Shown in pieces: positions 29,780 to 39,877 of a stretch of DNA of 64,000 bases; the first letter of the stretch is position 1, and every line of letters begins with the position of its first letter. Below the pieces are notes generated by a model. The model did not search any database. It saw nothing but the letters and a program-made list of their open reading frames with translations, and had not been told where the DNA came from. A program made the position numbers and the translations under genes. This DNA is from Dehalococcoidia bacterium (GTDB taxonomy: Bacteria > Chloroflexota > Dehalococcoidia > UBA6926). The stretch is from positions 1,123,190 through 1,187,189 of the forward strand of contig OZ242203.1 in the NCBI GenBank assembly GCA_965206275.1, written 5' to 3'.

Positions 29780-30919
29780 TTACCACTGCACAAACATAGG
29801 CATGACGACGTGGATGTATTCTGTGCCGTCGTCCGTGGACGCGGGGCGTATGGTGCCCGGGCTGGAGGGGCCTGAAACCTCAAGGGTGGCCGTGGAGTTC
29901 AGGACGCCGAGAACGTCTTCCAGATAGCGGTGGTTGAAGGCGATATGCGCCTCCTCTCCGCCGATGTTGGCGTCAATCACCCCTTCGTGATCGCCGATCT
30001 GGTCTGAACGCGCCTCAAGTCGCATCGTGCCGGCCATCTCATTCTCGCCGGGCGTCATGTACAGGCGGACGATGCCGTTGCCCTCACGGGCGAAGACGGC
30101 GGCGGTCTTTGTGGCGCGCAGGAAGTCCGCGACTTCCACGGATGTCTGCGTGTTGGACGACTCCGGAATGAGCTGCCGATAGTTGGGGAAGTTGCCCTGG
30201 ATGAGCTGGGAACCGAGCACGATATTGCTTAGGTGGAATTGCACCTGCGTCTTGGCCTGGTTCACGGTGACACGGACAGGCATCTCCTGCTCCGTCAGCA
30301 TGCGATTGAGCTCGCGCAGGGAACGCGCGGGGATGATGAGATCGACGCCTTCGCTCACCTCTTGCGGCAGCCTGGTGGTTTGGACGGCGAGACGGAAGCC
30401 GTCAGCCGCGGCCATCGTGATGCTCTCGCCCTCGATGGATGTGTGGACACCGGTCAGCACGGGGCGGGAGTCCTCCGTGGCGGCGGCGATGATGACGCGG
30501 TCGATGCCGGCGCGCAGAACATCCGGTGGCACCTCCGCGCTGATACCGTCGTCAGCGACAGGCGTGGGTGGGAAGTCATCCGCATCCAGCCCGCTCATGT
30601 GCGTGTTGAATCGGCCGGAGATGATGTTCAGCTGGCGCGTGCCCGCATCAAGCTCAAGGTCGACGCGATCTCGCTGGAGGGAGGAGACGTAGTCTGAGAA
30701 GAGGCGGGCGGGAATGGCGACTGAGCCCTGTGTCTCCACGCTTGCGCTGATCCAGCAGGAGATGGAGAGTTCAAGGTTGGTGGCGGTGAGCCGCAAACGG
30801 GACTCATCCGTCTGGAGCATGACGTGGGTGGTGATGGGCATTGTTGTGCGTGTTGCCACCGCCGGCATGACCGTCGCGAGTCCGCGTTGAAGATTCTCCT
30901 GGAGAACCGAGAATTTCAT
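29780..30919 (-). CDS. dnaN: DNA polymerase III subunit beta (sliding clamp)
   Basis: MKFSVLQENL, ATNLE, SRPVLTGV, ADGFRL, GNFPNY, HVVMPM. Confidence 0.95.
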   Translation of the reverse strand: MKFSVLQENLQRGLATVMPAVATRTTMPITTHVMLQTDESRLRLTATNLELSISCWISASVETQGSVAIPARLFSDYVSSLQRDRVDLELDAGTRQLNIISGRFNTHMSGLDADDFPPTPVADDGISAEVPPDVLRAGIDRVIIAAATEDSRPVLTGVHTSIEGESITMAAADGFRLAVQTTRLPQEVSEGVDLIIPARSLRELNRMLTEQEMPVRVTVNQAKTQVQFHLSNIVLGSQLIQGNFPNYRQLIPESSNTQTSVEVADFLRATKTAAVFAREGNGIVRLYMTPGENEMAGTMRLEARSDQIGDHEGVIDANIGGEEAHIAFNHRYLEDVLGVLNSTATLEVSGPSSPGTIRPASTDDGTEYIHVVMPMFVQW

Positions 30920-31179
30920 TTGTTTGTGTCTCCTGAATGGGGCCAACGGCCCCCCGTACCCCCGATATGCTGCGAGTATCCCGCGTTGAGCGGACTTGGG
31001 TCAAGTCGCAGTACGTCTATCTAGTGCATAAACGCATGGAATCCTCGCATGTTGTGGGGGACGTGTGGGGTCATCTGCAATACATCAGGCGCAGTAGTGC
31101 GAGAATGGCGCGAATGGGGTGTGGACACGGTATGATGCAACGGAAATAGAGACGGAAATACCGCATACAGGGGGATGGA

Positions 31180-32076
31180 ATGAAACTGGTGATGTACAAC
31201 GATTTCCGACCGGGCCTGCTGGTGGACGGCAACGTTATTGGGCTGGGCAGCTTGGTGGACGAGTATATGGGTTCACACGTCGAGGACGTGATGATTAACC
31301 TTATTGAGGACTTCGCTTCCGTGCGTGACGACCTGGAGGACATCGCGGATTCCGGCGGCGGGGTGCCGGTATCGACAGTGCAGCTGCGCGCGCCGCTGCC
31401 GCGACCGCGCAAGCTCATCTGCTGCTTCGGCAACTACAAGGAGGGGCAGGATCGGGATGCCTTCCCAATCGATATGTTCCTCAAGTCGCCTGAGGCGATC
31501 ATCGGCCCGGGCGATACAGTCGTCCTGCCGAACACCCCGTTCACCATCTGCCACCATGAGGCGGAGTTGGCTCTGGTCATCGGCAAGCGGAGCAAGCACG
31601 TATCCCAAGAGGATGCGATGGACTCCATCTTTGGCTACACGGCGTTCATGGACGTCTCGCCTCGCGCCGGCATCGGCCGCGGGCCGACGATGATCCAGAA
31701 GTCCTATGACACCTGCGCCCCGATGGGCCCGTGCATCGTCACGGCGGACGAAATCGAGAATCCACACGAGCTCGATATCAAATACTGGGTGGACGGGCAG
31801 GCGCGCCATGACTACAACACGAGCGACCTGGAGCACACGGTTCCTGAGCTCATTGAGTGGGCGACGAAGGTGATGACCTTGCTGCCCGGCGACGTTATCG
31901 CCCTTGGCACCAACCATCAGGGCATCGGCCCGCTGCAGGACGGCGAGACCGGCACGATTGAAATCCAGGGAATCGGCGCGTTCAGCATCAAGGTCATGGA
32001 TCCGGAGAAGCGCTCGTGGCCGAAGGAGATCGACCAGGAGATGGCCGGGCGGGTGCGCGAGGCGCGCCCCGGCTAA
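31180..32076 (+). CDS. fumarylacetoacetate hydrolase family protein
   Basis: FLKS, HHEAELA, KSYDT..PMGP, LLPGDVIALGT. Confidence 0.9.
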   Translation: MKLVMYNDFRPGLLVDGNVIGLGSLVDEYMGSHVEDVMINLIEDFASVRDDLEDIADSGGGVPVSTVQLRAPLPRPRKLICCFGNYKEGQDRDAFPIDMFLKSPEAIIGPGDTVVLPNTPFTICHHEAELALVIGKRSKHVSQEDAMDSIFGYTAFMDVSPRAGIGRGPTMIQKSYDTCAPMGPCIVTADEIENPHELDIKYWVDGQARHDYNTSDLEHTVPELIEWATKVMTLLPGDVIALGTNHQGIGPLQDGETGTIEIQGIGAFSIKVMDPEKRSWPKEIDQEMAGRVREARPG

Positions 32077-32089
32077 GACAGCGTTCAGA

Positions 32090-32120
32090 CGGGGTGTGCT
32101 TGCAACGTGAGCACACCCCG
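32090..32120 (+). terminator. intergenic hairpin, possible terminator or processing stem
   Basis: 11-bp inverted repeat CGGGGTGTGCT / AGCACACCCCG; no clear U-tract. Confidence 0.4.
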
Positions 32121-32142
32121 CTACTGATAATGACCTGCCGCC

Positions 32143-33234
32143 ATGAGTTCGACTGAGACTCTCGCCCAGACAATCCGCGTCCCGGAGATGACGCTGCGGG
32201 AGTTTGCCGTGGCGGCATTTGTGGCGGTTGGCGTTTCAGATGAGGATGCCGCCAACGCTGCCAATACGCTTATCGAGGCGGACATGCGCGGCATCGGCTC
32301 GCACGGGATGGCGCGACTGGACCGGTTCTATCTCACGCCGCTTGAGTCGGGGCTGGTTAACCCGCGTCCTCAGTGGATTGTGCGCGCGGAATCACCGTCA
32401 ACGGCCACCATCGACGCGGACGGCGGGCTGGGGCTGAGTGTGGGTGTCCGCGCGATGAACCTTGCCATCGAGAAGGCGCGTGAGGTTGGCTCCGGATGGG
32501 TGACGGTGGCGAACAGTCGCCACTTTGGGGCGGCAGGCGTGTACGCCACACAGGCGCTTGCCCACGACATGATCGGCATCAGCATGACGAACACGGGGCC
32601 GATCGTCCTTCCGGCGGGCGGCGCGGAGCCGCGGCTGGGCTCGAACCCGATTGCCGTCGCAGCGCCCACAGCGGACGGGACGCCGTTCATCTTTGACGCC
32701 GCGACATCCGTTGTCTCTGCAGGGAAGTTCGACACATATCACCGTCAGGGCAAGCTCGCCCCCGAGGGATGGGGACTGACAGACGACCTGCAGCCGATAC
32801 GCAATCCGGCGCGCGGGCCGGGCGGGCGTCGCATCCTGCCGTTGGGCAGCGACCTGGAGCATTCGTCGTACAAGGGCTACGGGCTGGCGATGATTGTTGA
32901 CATCCTCTGCGGCGTGCTGTCCGGCATGGGGCCGGGGCTGGCGATTGCAGGCTCCGGTGTCGCGGGGGGATACCAGTCGGCGCACTTCTTTGGCGCGATG
33001 CGGATTGACGCGTTCACGGACGCCGACGGGTTCAGGCAGTCGATGACAGACTATCTAACCGCGCTTCGGGCAACGCCGCCGCTTCCGGACGTAGAGAGCG
33101 TGCTTGTGCCCGGGGACATTGAGGCCGAGACCATTGAGGATCGCAAGCGGAATGGCATACCGTTGTACATGGACTCCGTTGAGAGTCTGCGAAACGTGGC
33201 GCAGAGGCTGAATCTGCGCCTGGATCTGGGATAA
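32143..33234 (+). CDS. Ldh_2-family (type 2 malate/L-lactate) oxidoreductase
   Basis: ADMRGIGSHG, SRHFGAAG, GSNPIA, YKGYGL, VPGDIE. Confidence 0.9.
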   Translation: MSSTETLAQTIRVPEMTLREFAVAAFVAVGVSDEDAANAANTLIEADMRGIGSHGMARLDRFYLTPLESGLVNPRPQWIVRAESPSTATIDADGGLGLSVGVRAMNLAIEKAREVGSGWVTVANSRHFGAAGVYATQALAHDMIGISMTNTGPIVLPAGGAEPRLGSNPIAVAAPTADGTPFIFDAATSVVSAGKFDTYHRQGKLAPEGWGLTDDLQPIRNPARGPGGRRILPLGSDLEHSSYKGYGLAMIVDILCGVLSGMGPGLAIAGSGVAGGYQSAHFFGAMRIDAFTDADGFRQSMTDYLTALRATPPLPDVESVLVPGDIEAETIEDRKRNGIPLYMDSVESLRNVAQRLNLRLDLG

Positions 33235-33279
33235 AGACGCGAGTTCCACATAGGGACGTCGAATCAAGGGGGGATTGAG

Positions 33280-34101
33280 ATGCCGCACGTGAAGGCCAAC
33301 GGAGTGGAGCTGTTCTACGAGTTGTTCGGAGACTCGTCCAAGCCAACGTTTGTGATGACGCACGGTTTGGGCGGCCACGGGAGAGGCTACGAGAATCAGA
33401 TAGAAGCGCTTTCCGCCGAATTTCAGCTCATGCTGTGGGACATGCGCGGATTCGGCCAGTCGGAGCGCGTGCCAGTGACGGAGGGCGCTTACTCCCGATG
33501 GACGATGGCGAAGGATCTTTCAGAGTTGCTGAAGGCGATTGGTATCAACCAGGCGCACATTCACGGGCATTCGCTGGGCGGGCTTATCTCGCAGCAGTTC
33601 GCGATTGACTACCCGGAGCAGACGCTCTCGCTCGTCATCCAGGACACGTCCGCTGAGATCAAGCAGGAGTACCTGTCTGGATGGGACGGGATGCTCAAGA
33701 CGGTTCGCGAGCAGGGGATTGGCGCGCTTCCGTTTGATCCTCAGCGAAGCTGGGGCGACCCATACATCGAATCCAACCTTGAAGACATCAGGGCATTCAC
33801 CACCGCGACGGCAGAGCGCAACGCGCCCGAGGTTTACGCCGAGGGCGTGCGTATCTCAGGGCCCGAACTCGGGGCGCACCCGGTCGCGCCGGACCTCCCG
33901 GGCATTACCTGCCCCGTACTGGTCATCTGTGGCGATCAGGACCGATTGACGCCGCCGGGTGGCTCGGTACGAATTCATCGCGCCATTCCCCAGTCGAAGC
34001 TCGTGATTCTCCCGGGCGCTGGGCACTTCCCGAACATCGAGACGACGGATGCGTTCAATGAGGCGTTGCTGGAGTTTTTGCGGGAGGCAAGTTCGGAATA
34101 G
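33280..34101 (+). CDS. alpha/beta hydrolase
   Basis: HG, DMRGFGQS, GHSLGG, GDQD, GAGH. Confidence 0.88.
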   Translation: MPHVKANGVELFYELFGDSSKPTFVMTHGLGGHGRGYENQIEALSAEFQLMLWDMRGFGQSERVPVTEGAYSRWTMAKDLSELLKAIGINQAHIHGHSLGGLISQQFAIDYPEQTLSLVIQDTSAEIKQEYLSGWDGMLKTVREQGIGALPFDPQRSWGDPYIESNLEDIRAFTTATAERNAPEVYAEGVRISGPELGAHPVAPDLPGITCPVLVICGDQDRLTPPGGSVRIHRAIPQSKLVILPGAGHFPNIETTDAFNEALLEFLREASSE

Positions 34102-34150
34102 CAGGCGTCACGACCATGACTCCTTTTTCGCTCTATGGAGTCCAATTAGT

Positions 34151-34323
34151 TGATACTTGCTTTCAATAGCCCTCATTGGCCGCACGGGTAAATCCTAGCT
34201 CTTTCTACGAAGAAAATGTCGCGCCCATACCGGGAGGGCAAGATTCGGTTTGTTATTTTTCTGATACTTGCTTTCAACAATTTTTTCGGCCTCTTGCAAT
34301 GAGTTCTTGATACTTACTGTCAT
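34151..34323. promoter_or_regulatory. three copies of a 16-bp operator-like motif upstream of the RRM gene
   Basis: TGATACTTGCTTTCAA at 34151 and 34262, TGATACTTACTGTCAT at 34308. Confidence 0.55.
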
Positions 34324-34473
34324 TTGAGGCCTCAGAATCGCGAGATTTGAGTAAAGCGGGCTCATACAGGGTATACTTAGCACGTTCCGACAACAGATTG
34401 CCGGCCGTCCCCGCGCGGAGTGGCATGTGCTGGGGTTTGGGATAGTAGTAACAGAGACGGGGAGACCGGACGT

Positions 34474-34758
34474 ATGAGGATATATGTCGGAAACCTGAGT
34501 TTTCAGGCGACAGACGCAGATTTGCAGGAGCTTTTTCAGCAGCACGGCGAGGTCACTTCGGCGCAAGTCATCATTGACCGCTATTCAATGCGCTCGCGTG
34601 GGTTCGGATTCGTGGAAATGCCAAACGGCTCGGAGGCTGAGGCCGCCATTGCGGCGCTCAATGGCAACGAGCACCAGGGCAGACAGCTGACAGTGAACGA
34701 GGCTCGCGATCGCCGCGAAGGCGGCGGTGGCGGTGGCGGCGGACGCCCGCGCTACTAG
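34474..34758 (+). CDS. RRM-domain RNA-binding protein with Gly-rich tail
   Basis: RNP2 IYVGNL, RNP1 RGFGFVEM. Confidence 0.93.
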   Translation: MRIYVGNLSFQATDADLQELFQQHGEVTSAQVIIDRYSMRSRGFGFVEMPNGSEAEAAIAALNGNEHQGRQLTVNEARDRREGGGGGGGGRPRY

Positions 34759-34879
34759 CGCGCTTCGGTAGTCTCTACCCCCACACACTAACTCTCTGCG
34801 TAGCGGAGAGGGGCCTTTGAGAATTCTCCGCACCTCAACTTGCCTATGGCAGGGAGGCGTACCAGTGGGGCGTTCGTCC

Positions 34880-35467
34880 CTAGCGGATTCTTCCCCGAGA
34901 GTAGCGGTTACGGCCGTCCGTTCCGTCGATGGAGTAGTCCGTCAGGTCGATGATGCGGGCTTCGGGCTCCTTGCCCTGCTCGATGTCGAGGAGAACGACG
35001 TGGCCGAGGCGAGCTTCCCGGTTGTGGGGGTAGGTGGCGCTGCCGCCGTTGATGATCAGCATCCCGTCTTCCTTGCGGACAAACTCAAAATGGCTGTCAC
35101 CGCAGACCACGATGTCCGGCAGCATGCCATCGGGCGTCATGCCGAGGTAGGTCTTGACAAGGTCAGTGGCAGTGCGTGACCCCCAGCCATCGATGATATG
35201 AACCAAGCCGAGGCTAAAGCCCTCGAACTTAAAGAACCACTTGGGGCGGATGCGCTTATCGACCTCGCTAAGGCCGTAGTCGTGGTTGCCCTCTGCGGCA
35301 TATGTTGGCGCGATGCGCTCCAGCCAATCAATAACGCCGGTCGTGATGAGGTCACCGCCGTGGAGGATGATGTCGACATCCTTGAAAACAATCTCGACTT
35401 CGGGCCAGAGCTCCGGGATTGAACTCGGGATGTGTGTGTCGGAAATGATACCTATTCGTGTTGCCAT
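34880..35467 (-). CDS. YfcE-like metallophosphoesterase
   Basis: SDTH, HGGD, GNHD, INGGS. Confidence 0.85.
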   Translation of the reverse strand: MATRIGIISDTHIPSSIPELWPEVEIVFKDVDIILHGGDLITTGVIDWLERIAPTYAAEGNHDYGLSEVDKRIRPKWFFKFEGFSLGLVHIIDGWGSRTATDLVKTYLGMTPDGMLPDIVVCGDSHFEFVRKEDGMLIINGGSATYPHNREARLGHVVLLDIEQGKEPEARIIDLTDYSIDGTDGRNRYSRGRIR

Positions 35468-35479
35468 AAAAGTTAGGGG

Positions 35480-36610
35480 TTATTCCTCCGGAGTTTCGCG
35501 TTTGTTTGAGCGCCGAATCTGTGCCTTGATGTTGTCCAGCACCATGGTGGGCGTGGGATCGACGCCGTTCACCAGCGCCAGGTAGTAGCTGACGTAATCG
35601 CCCAACAGCACCGCCTCCAACAGGCGCGCAACAGGGGCGTCCGCGCTCAGAGTGGGCCAGTGAACGGGTACGCCCAAATCGCTCAGGATATGGCGCGATA
35701 TGTCGTAGCGGTCGTGGAGGCCGCGCGGGCCGGCCGTCGGGGGGCCAAGCAGGACAACGGCGAGGTTGTCGCTGAAATCGGGCTGTTCAAAGCCGACGAC
35801 GGCATTGTGATGCATCTCCGGCAGTTCTTCCGTCCATGCGGGCATCTTCGCATTCTCATTGATCTGCGTCTTCCAGCGGCGCGCGGCGGAATCAAGGCCT
35901 CGCGCGCTAACGATGACGGGAATGCGCCCGGAAAGCGCGCGCGCCAATTCCTTGGCGGGGTTGGCCCGCCCGGTCTCGGTTCGAATGCAGCCGGTATCGA
36001 AATCTGCCTGCCGCGTTTCAAGTTCAGCAACGGCATCGGCCAAGGCATTCTCCGTGCCGGGCGGGGCGATGCCGAGGTCAACGAAGATTCGAAGCATCGC
36101 GCCGAGCGCATACGGAAGATAGGTGCGGGGAGGGCCGCCATTCTCCGGCATCACCGCAATCGGAATGCCGTTGTCGCCGGCTAAGTCTCCAAGCGGCCCG
36201 CCACCGGTCATCACAATTAGATGCGCGTCGCGTTGACGCGAAGCTTCCACACCGGACAGCGCTTCCTCGGTGCGGCCGGAGTGGCTCATGACAATCACAA
36301 GGCTTTCGGGTCCGGCGGCGGGGTGAGCGCCGTAGTCTCGGAAGACGTCAATTCGTGCCCCGGATTCCCCCGGCTCACGGAGGGACTCTACGGCCTCGGC
36401 GGCGATGTCTCCCGCGATGGCGGAGCCGCCCATGCCCTGTACCACAACGTGCCGAACGGCACGATACTCGTCAGGCAGCCGGAGGGAGGCAGCGCCGTTC
36501 CACCCTTGCGTGACGCGTTGGGGAAATGCCGCTATGTGCCCGCCCATCCCGGAGGGGTCGCCTCTGCCGTCAGCAGATAAGTCGTCCAGATCGATTGAGG
36601 CTACCTGCAT
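35480..36610 (-). CDS. bifunctional phosphoglucose/phosphomannose isomerase
   Basis: GMGGSAIAG, SHSG.TEE, RWKTQINENAK, PEMHHN. Confidence 0.9.
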   Translation of the reverse strand: MQVASIDLDDLSADGRGDPSGMGGHIAAFPQRVTQGWNGAASLRLPDEYRAVRHVVVQGMGGSAIAGDIAAEAVESLREPGESGARIDVFRDYGAHPAAGPESLVIVMSHSGRTEEALSGVEASRQRDAHLIVMTGGGPLGDLAGDNGIPIAVMPENGGPPRTYLPYALGAMLRIFVDLGIAPPGTENALADAVAELETRQADFDTGCIRTETGRANPAKELARALSGRIPVIVSARGLDSAARRWKTQINENAKMPAWTEELPEMHHNAVVGFEQPDFSDNLAVVLLGPPTAGPRGLHDRYDISRHILSDLGVPVHWPTLSADAPVARLLEAVLLGDYVSYYLALVNGVDPTPTMVLDNIKAQIRRSNKRETPEE

Positions 36611-36733
36611 GAAAGTTGGTTCTTTTTGCGTTTCGTGTTCGTGTGCCGGAGCGGAGGCTGGGTGAGACGCCGCGGCGATGTTTGACTGCCCTAATACTAC
36701 AGGATGCCGACGGGCGGCGCGTGTATCTACGTG

Positions 36734-37765
36734 CTACAGCGTTTCGTCGGGGTATTCGGTGGTGGCGGGACGTCCCATCAGGGACTGTATCGCTTCCCGA
36801 GGGTTCAGCCCCTCATGGAGGACGCGGTGAGTCTCAAGCGTGATGGGGGTCTCCACGTTGAGACGTTCAGCCAGGCGGATCGCGGCGGGAGTGGTGTTGT
36901 AGCCTTCACAGACCTCGTTCAGGTCCTCGATGATTTGCGCAATGTTTCGTCCCCGTCCCAGCTCCTCACCCACATACCGGTTCCGAGAGAGGCGGCTGTA
37001 GCACGTCGCTACGAGATCACCGACACCGGCAAGTCCGCTGAAGGTCAGGGGCTGAGCGCCTGCGGCGATGCCGAGCCGCGTGATCTCCGCGATGGCGCGG
37101 GAGATGAAGGCCGCCTTGGCATTGTCCCCGAATTCCATGCCGTCGATCATGCCCGCGCCGATGGCGACGATGTTCTTGAGGGTGCCGCCAAGCTCGACGC
37201 CTGCGACGTCGGTACTCGTGTAGACGCGGAAAACGGATGAGGTGAGCGCCCCCTGCACGCGTTCTGCCATTTCTTCCGTAGCAGACGCGACAACTGCGGA
37301 GGAGGGGAGACCGGCGGCGACTTCATGGGAGAGATTGGGGCCGGAGATGACGCAGTACTGGCCCAGAGCGTCCTGCCCCATTTCCTGTGCAAAGACCTCG
37401 CTCATACGTGAGCCATCAGTGCGGTCGAGGCCCTTGGTGGCGCTGACGATGGCGGCATCAGGCGATGGGTTCCCTTCCCTGAGCCATTGCAGGTTCTGGC
37501 GGAAGGTCGGGGACGGCACGCAGACGATAATTATGTTGGCGTCCGAGACGGCCTGGGTCATATACGGGGTGACGCGCAGATTATCAGGAAAGGGAAAGCC
37601 GGGGAGGCGGTCGATGTTCTCTTTGGCATCATTCATCCGCCGTGCGGTTTCCTCAGTGCGTGCCCAGAGGAGGGTGTCCGCGCCCGCGCGCGCGAGCAGG
37701 AGGGCGAGTGTTGTGCCCCAACTCGTCGTGCCGATGACTGCCGCCCGCCGCGCCTGCCCGCTCAC
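36734..37765 (-). CDS. gpsA: NAD(P)H-dependent glycerol-3-phosphate dehydrogenase
   Basis: SATKGL, SGPN, LKNIVAI, GDLVATC....SRN. Confidence 0.93.
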   Translation of the reverse strand: MSGQARRAAVIGTTSWGTTLALLLARAGADTLLWARTEETARRMNDAKENIDRLPGFPFPDNLRVTPYMTQAVSDANIIIVCVPSPTFRQNLQWLREGNPSPDAAIVSATKGLDRTDGSRMSEVFAQEMGQDALGQYCVISGPNLSHEVAAGLPSSAVVASATEEMAERVQGALTSSVFRVYTSTDVAGVELGGTLKNIVAIGAGMIDGMEFGDNAKAAFISRAIAEITRLGIAAGAQPLTFSGLAGVGDLVATCYSRLSRNRYVGEELGRGRNIAQIIEDLNEVCEGYNTTPAAIRLAERLNVETPITLETHRVLHEGLNPREAIQSLMGRPATTEYPDETL

Positions 37766-37826
37766 ACGAGACCTCCTGCGCTTGGTGTCCCCTCAATTGT
37801 CCCATACGGGACTAGGGGGCGGAGAG

Positions 37827-38495
37827 TCAGCCGGTTGGTTCTGCGGGTTGGCCGAATCGTCGTTCGGTGCCGCGAATCAGACGCTGGATGTTGTCGCGAT
37901 GGGCATAGATGATGATCGTGCCGCCCACGAGAGCGAGGGGGCCAACGATGAAAGGCACCACCTCCAGGAACGGTGGCGCCAAGCCCAGAACAGCGAAGGC
38001 GACCATGATACCGACGCAGGTCACGGTGCCCAGCAGGGAGCCGAGTGAGACATATCTGGTCAGGGCGATGATAAGGATGCCGACAATCGTGCCGATGATA
38101 GCGGCGGGCCAGACGAGAGCAAGCGCCGCGCCGCCTGCCGGGATGACGCCGCGTCCGCCGCCGAAGCCAATGAAGATAGATCGACTGTGACCCACAACGA
38201 CGGCTACAGCGCCAGCAACTTCTCCGGGCGTGTCCGCGATAAAGCCGCTCACGATGACTGCCACGGAGCCCTTGAAGAGGTCGAGCAGGACGACAGGGAC
38301 GGCAGCTTTCCACCCGAGCGTGCGGAGGACATTGGTTGCGCCCGTACGGCCGCTGCCGGACTCTCGAACGTCAACGTTTCCAAAGACTTTGCCCACGAGC
38401 AGGCCGATGGGCACCGCGCCGAGCAGGTAGCTGCCAAGCGCGGCGGCGAGGGTGAGGGCGACACCGGTAAGGGTGATGTCGTCAATGAAATCCAC
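37827..38495 (-). CDS. plsY: glycerol-3-phosphate acyltransferase
   Basis: YLLGAVP, GSGRTGATNVLR, GH...F..GG.G, HRDNIQRL..GTE. Confidence 0.92.
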   Translation of the reverse strand: MDFIDDITLTGVALTLAAALGSYLLGAVPIGLLVGKVFGNVDVRESGSGRTGATNVLRTLGWKAAVPVVLLDLFKGSVAVIVSGFIADTPGEVAGAVAVVVGHSRSIFIGFGGGRGVIPAGGAALALVWPAAIIGTIVGILIIALTRYVSLGSLLGTVTCVGIMVAFAVLGLAPPFLEVVPFIVGPLALVGGTIIIYAHRDNIQRLIRGTERRFGQPAEPTG

Positions 38496-39868
38496 TAGTC
38501 CGGCTCCTCCTCGTCGCGGTTGCGGCCACGGAAGATCAGGCGAATCGCGGTGCCATCAAACCCAAATCGTCGCCGCAGGACGTTCTCAAGATAGCGGCGG
38601 TAGGAGAAGTGAACCAGTGAAGGGTCATTGCAGAAGAAAACGAACGTGGGCGGATTCACCTCCGGTTGGGTGGCGTAGTAGATCTGCAGCCTCCTCCGGC
38701 CGGAGGAGGGAGGCGGGTGATCGGCGAGCGCGTCAAGCAAGGCGCGGTTCAGCTGAGCCGTCGTGACGCGTGTCATGCGCTCCATCTGGATACGGGCGAC
38801 GGCATCAAGGACGGCGCGCACGCCGCGGCCTCGCAGGGCAGACGTGAACAGGATCGGCATGGACGGAAAGAATTTTAAGCGGGCGCGGACGAGCATTTCG
38901 ACCTCTTGCCGGTCGATCTCGTCCTCCTGCGCAAGGTCCCACTTGTTGATGACGAGCGCGAGGCCCTTGTGCGCCTGCTGGACGAACCCGGCGACGTGGA
39001 GATCCTGCGCAGTCAGATATTCCGTGGCGTCCACTACCAGCACGGCAACGTCGGCGCGTTCGATGGCCTGCATGGCGCGGGCGACACTGAATCGCTCCAC
39101 GCCCCGCTCGATGTGTCCACGGCGGCGGACGCCCGCCGTATCAATGAGCAGGTACTTTCGGTTTTCGTACTCGAAGAGGGTGTCCAGCGCATCCCGGGTG
39201 GTTCCCGGCTCGTCCTGCACCATCGCGCGCTCCTGGCCGAGGATGGCGTTGACCAGAGAGGACTTGCCGACGTTGGGACGGCCCACGATGGCGACAGGAA
39301 TCGAGCCCTGCGGCGCGGGGGGCGGGTCCTCCACGTTCGGTAGGGCCGCCATGATGCCGTCCCACAGTTCATTCAGGCCGCGTCCATGGTGGGCGCTGAC
39401 GATAATGGGATCGCCAATGCCAAGTTCATAGAACTCCGCGGCAAGCCGTTCACGTTGGATGTTGTCCGCCTTGTTGGCAATCAGCACGACAGGCTTGGAG
39501 ACGCGGCGCAGGAGATCGGCGACCTCCTCATCGGCGGGCAGGAGGCCCGCGTCCACATCAACGACAAAGAGCAGCACATCTGCCTCGCTTAGAGCGACGG
39601 CAACCTGGTCGCGGATCGCGCCAATCATGCCCTGCTCTTCTCCGAGGATGAGTCCGCCCGTATCGATAAGGGCGAGGGTGCGGTCGTCACGGGTAACGTA
39701 GGCCGTCACACGATCCCGCGTCGTGCCCGGTTCATCGGCGACGATGGCAATTCTCTCGGCGACCATCCGATTGAAGAGGGACGACTTGCCGACATTGGGG
39801 CGGCCAACGATGGCAACCGTCGGCAGGCCGCGCGGCACTCCGGTGCGTGTTTCAACGAGGGCAGTCAT
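38495..39868 (-). CDS. der: ribosome biogenesis GTPase Der (EngA)
   Basis: Two GRPNVGKSSL G-domains, C-terminal KH-like domain (PPTFVFF, YRRYLEN). Confidence 0.96.
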   Translation of the reverse strand: MTALVETRTGVPRGLPTVAIVGRPNVGKSSLFNRMVAERIAIVADEPGTTRDRVTAYVTRDDRTLALIDTGGLILGEEQGMIGAIRDQVAVALSEADVLLFVVDVDAGLLPADEEVADLLRRVSKPVVLIANKADNIQRERLAAEFYELGIGDPIIVSAHHGRGLNELWDGIMAALPNVEDPPPAPQGSIPVAIVGRPNVGKSSLVNAILGQERAMVQDEPGTTRDALDTLFEYENRKYLLIDTAGVRRRGHIERGVERFSVARAMQAIERADVAVLVVDATEYLTAQDLHVAGFVQQAHKGLALVINKWDLAQEDEIDRQEVEMLVRARLKFFPSMPILFTSALRGRGVRAVLDAVARIQMERMTRVTTAQLNRALLDALADHPPPSSGRRRLQIYYATQPEVNPPTFVFFCNDPSLVHFSYRRYLENVLRRRFGFDGTAIRLIFRGRNRDEEEPD

Positions 39869-39877
39869 GGCGTTGTC

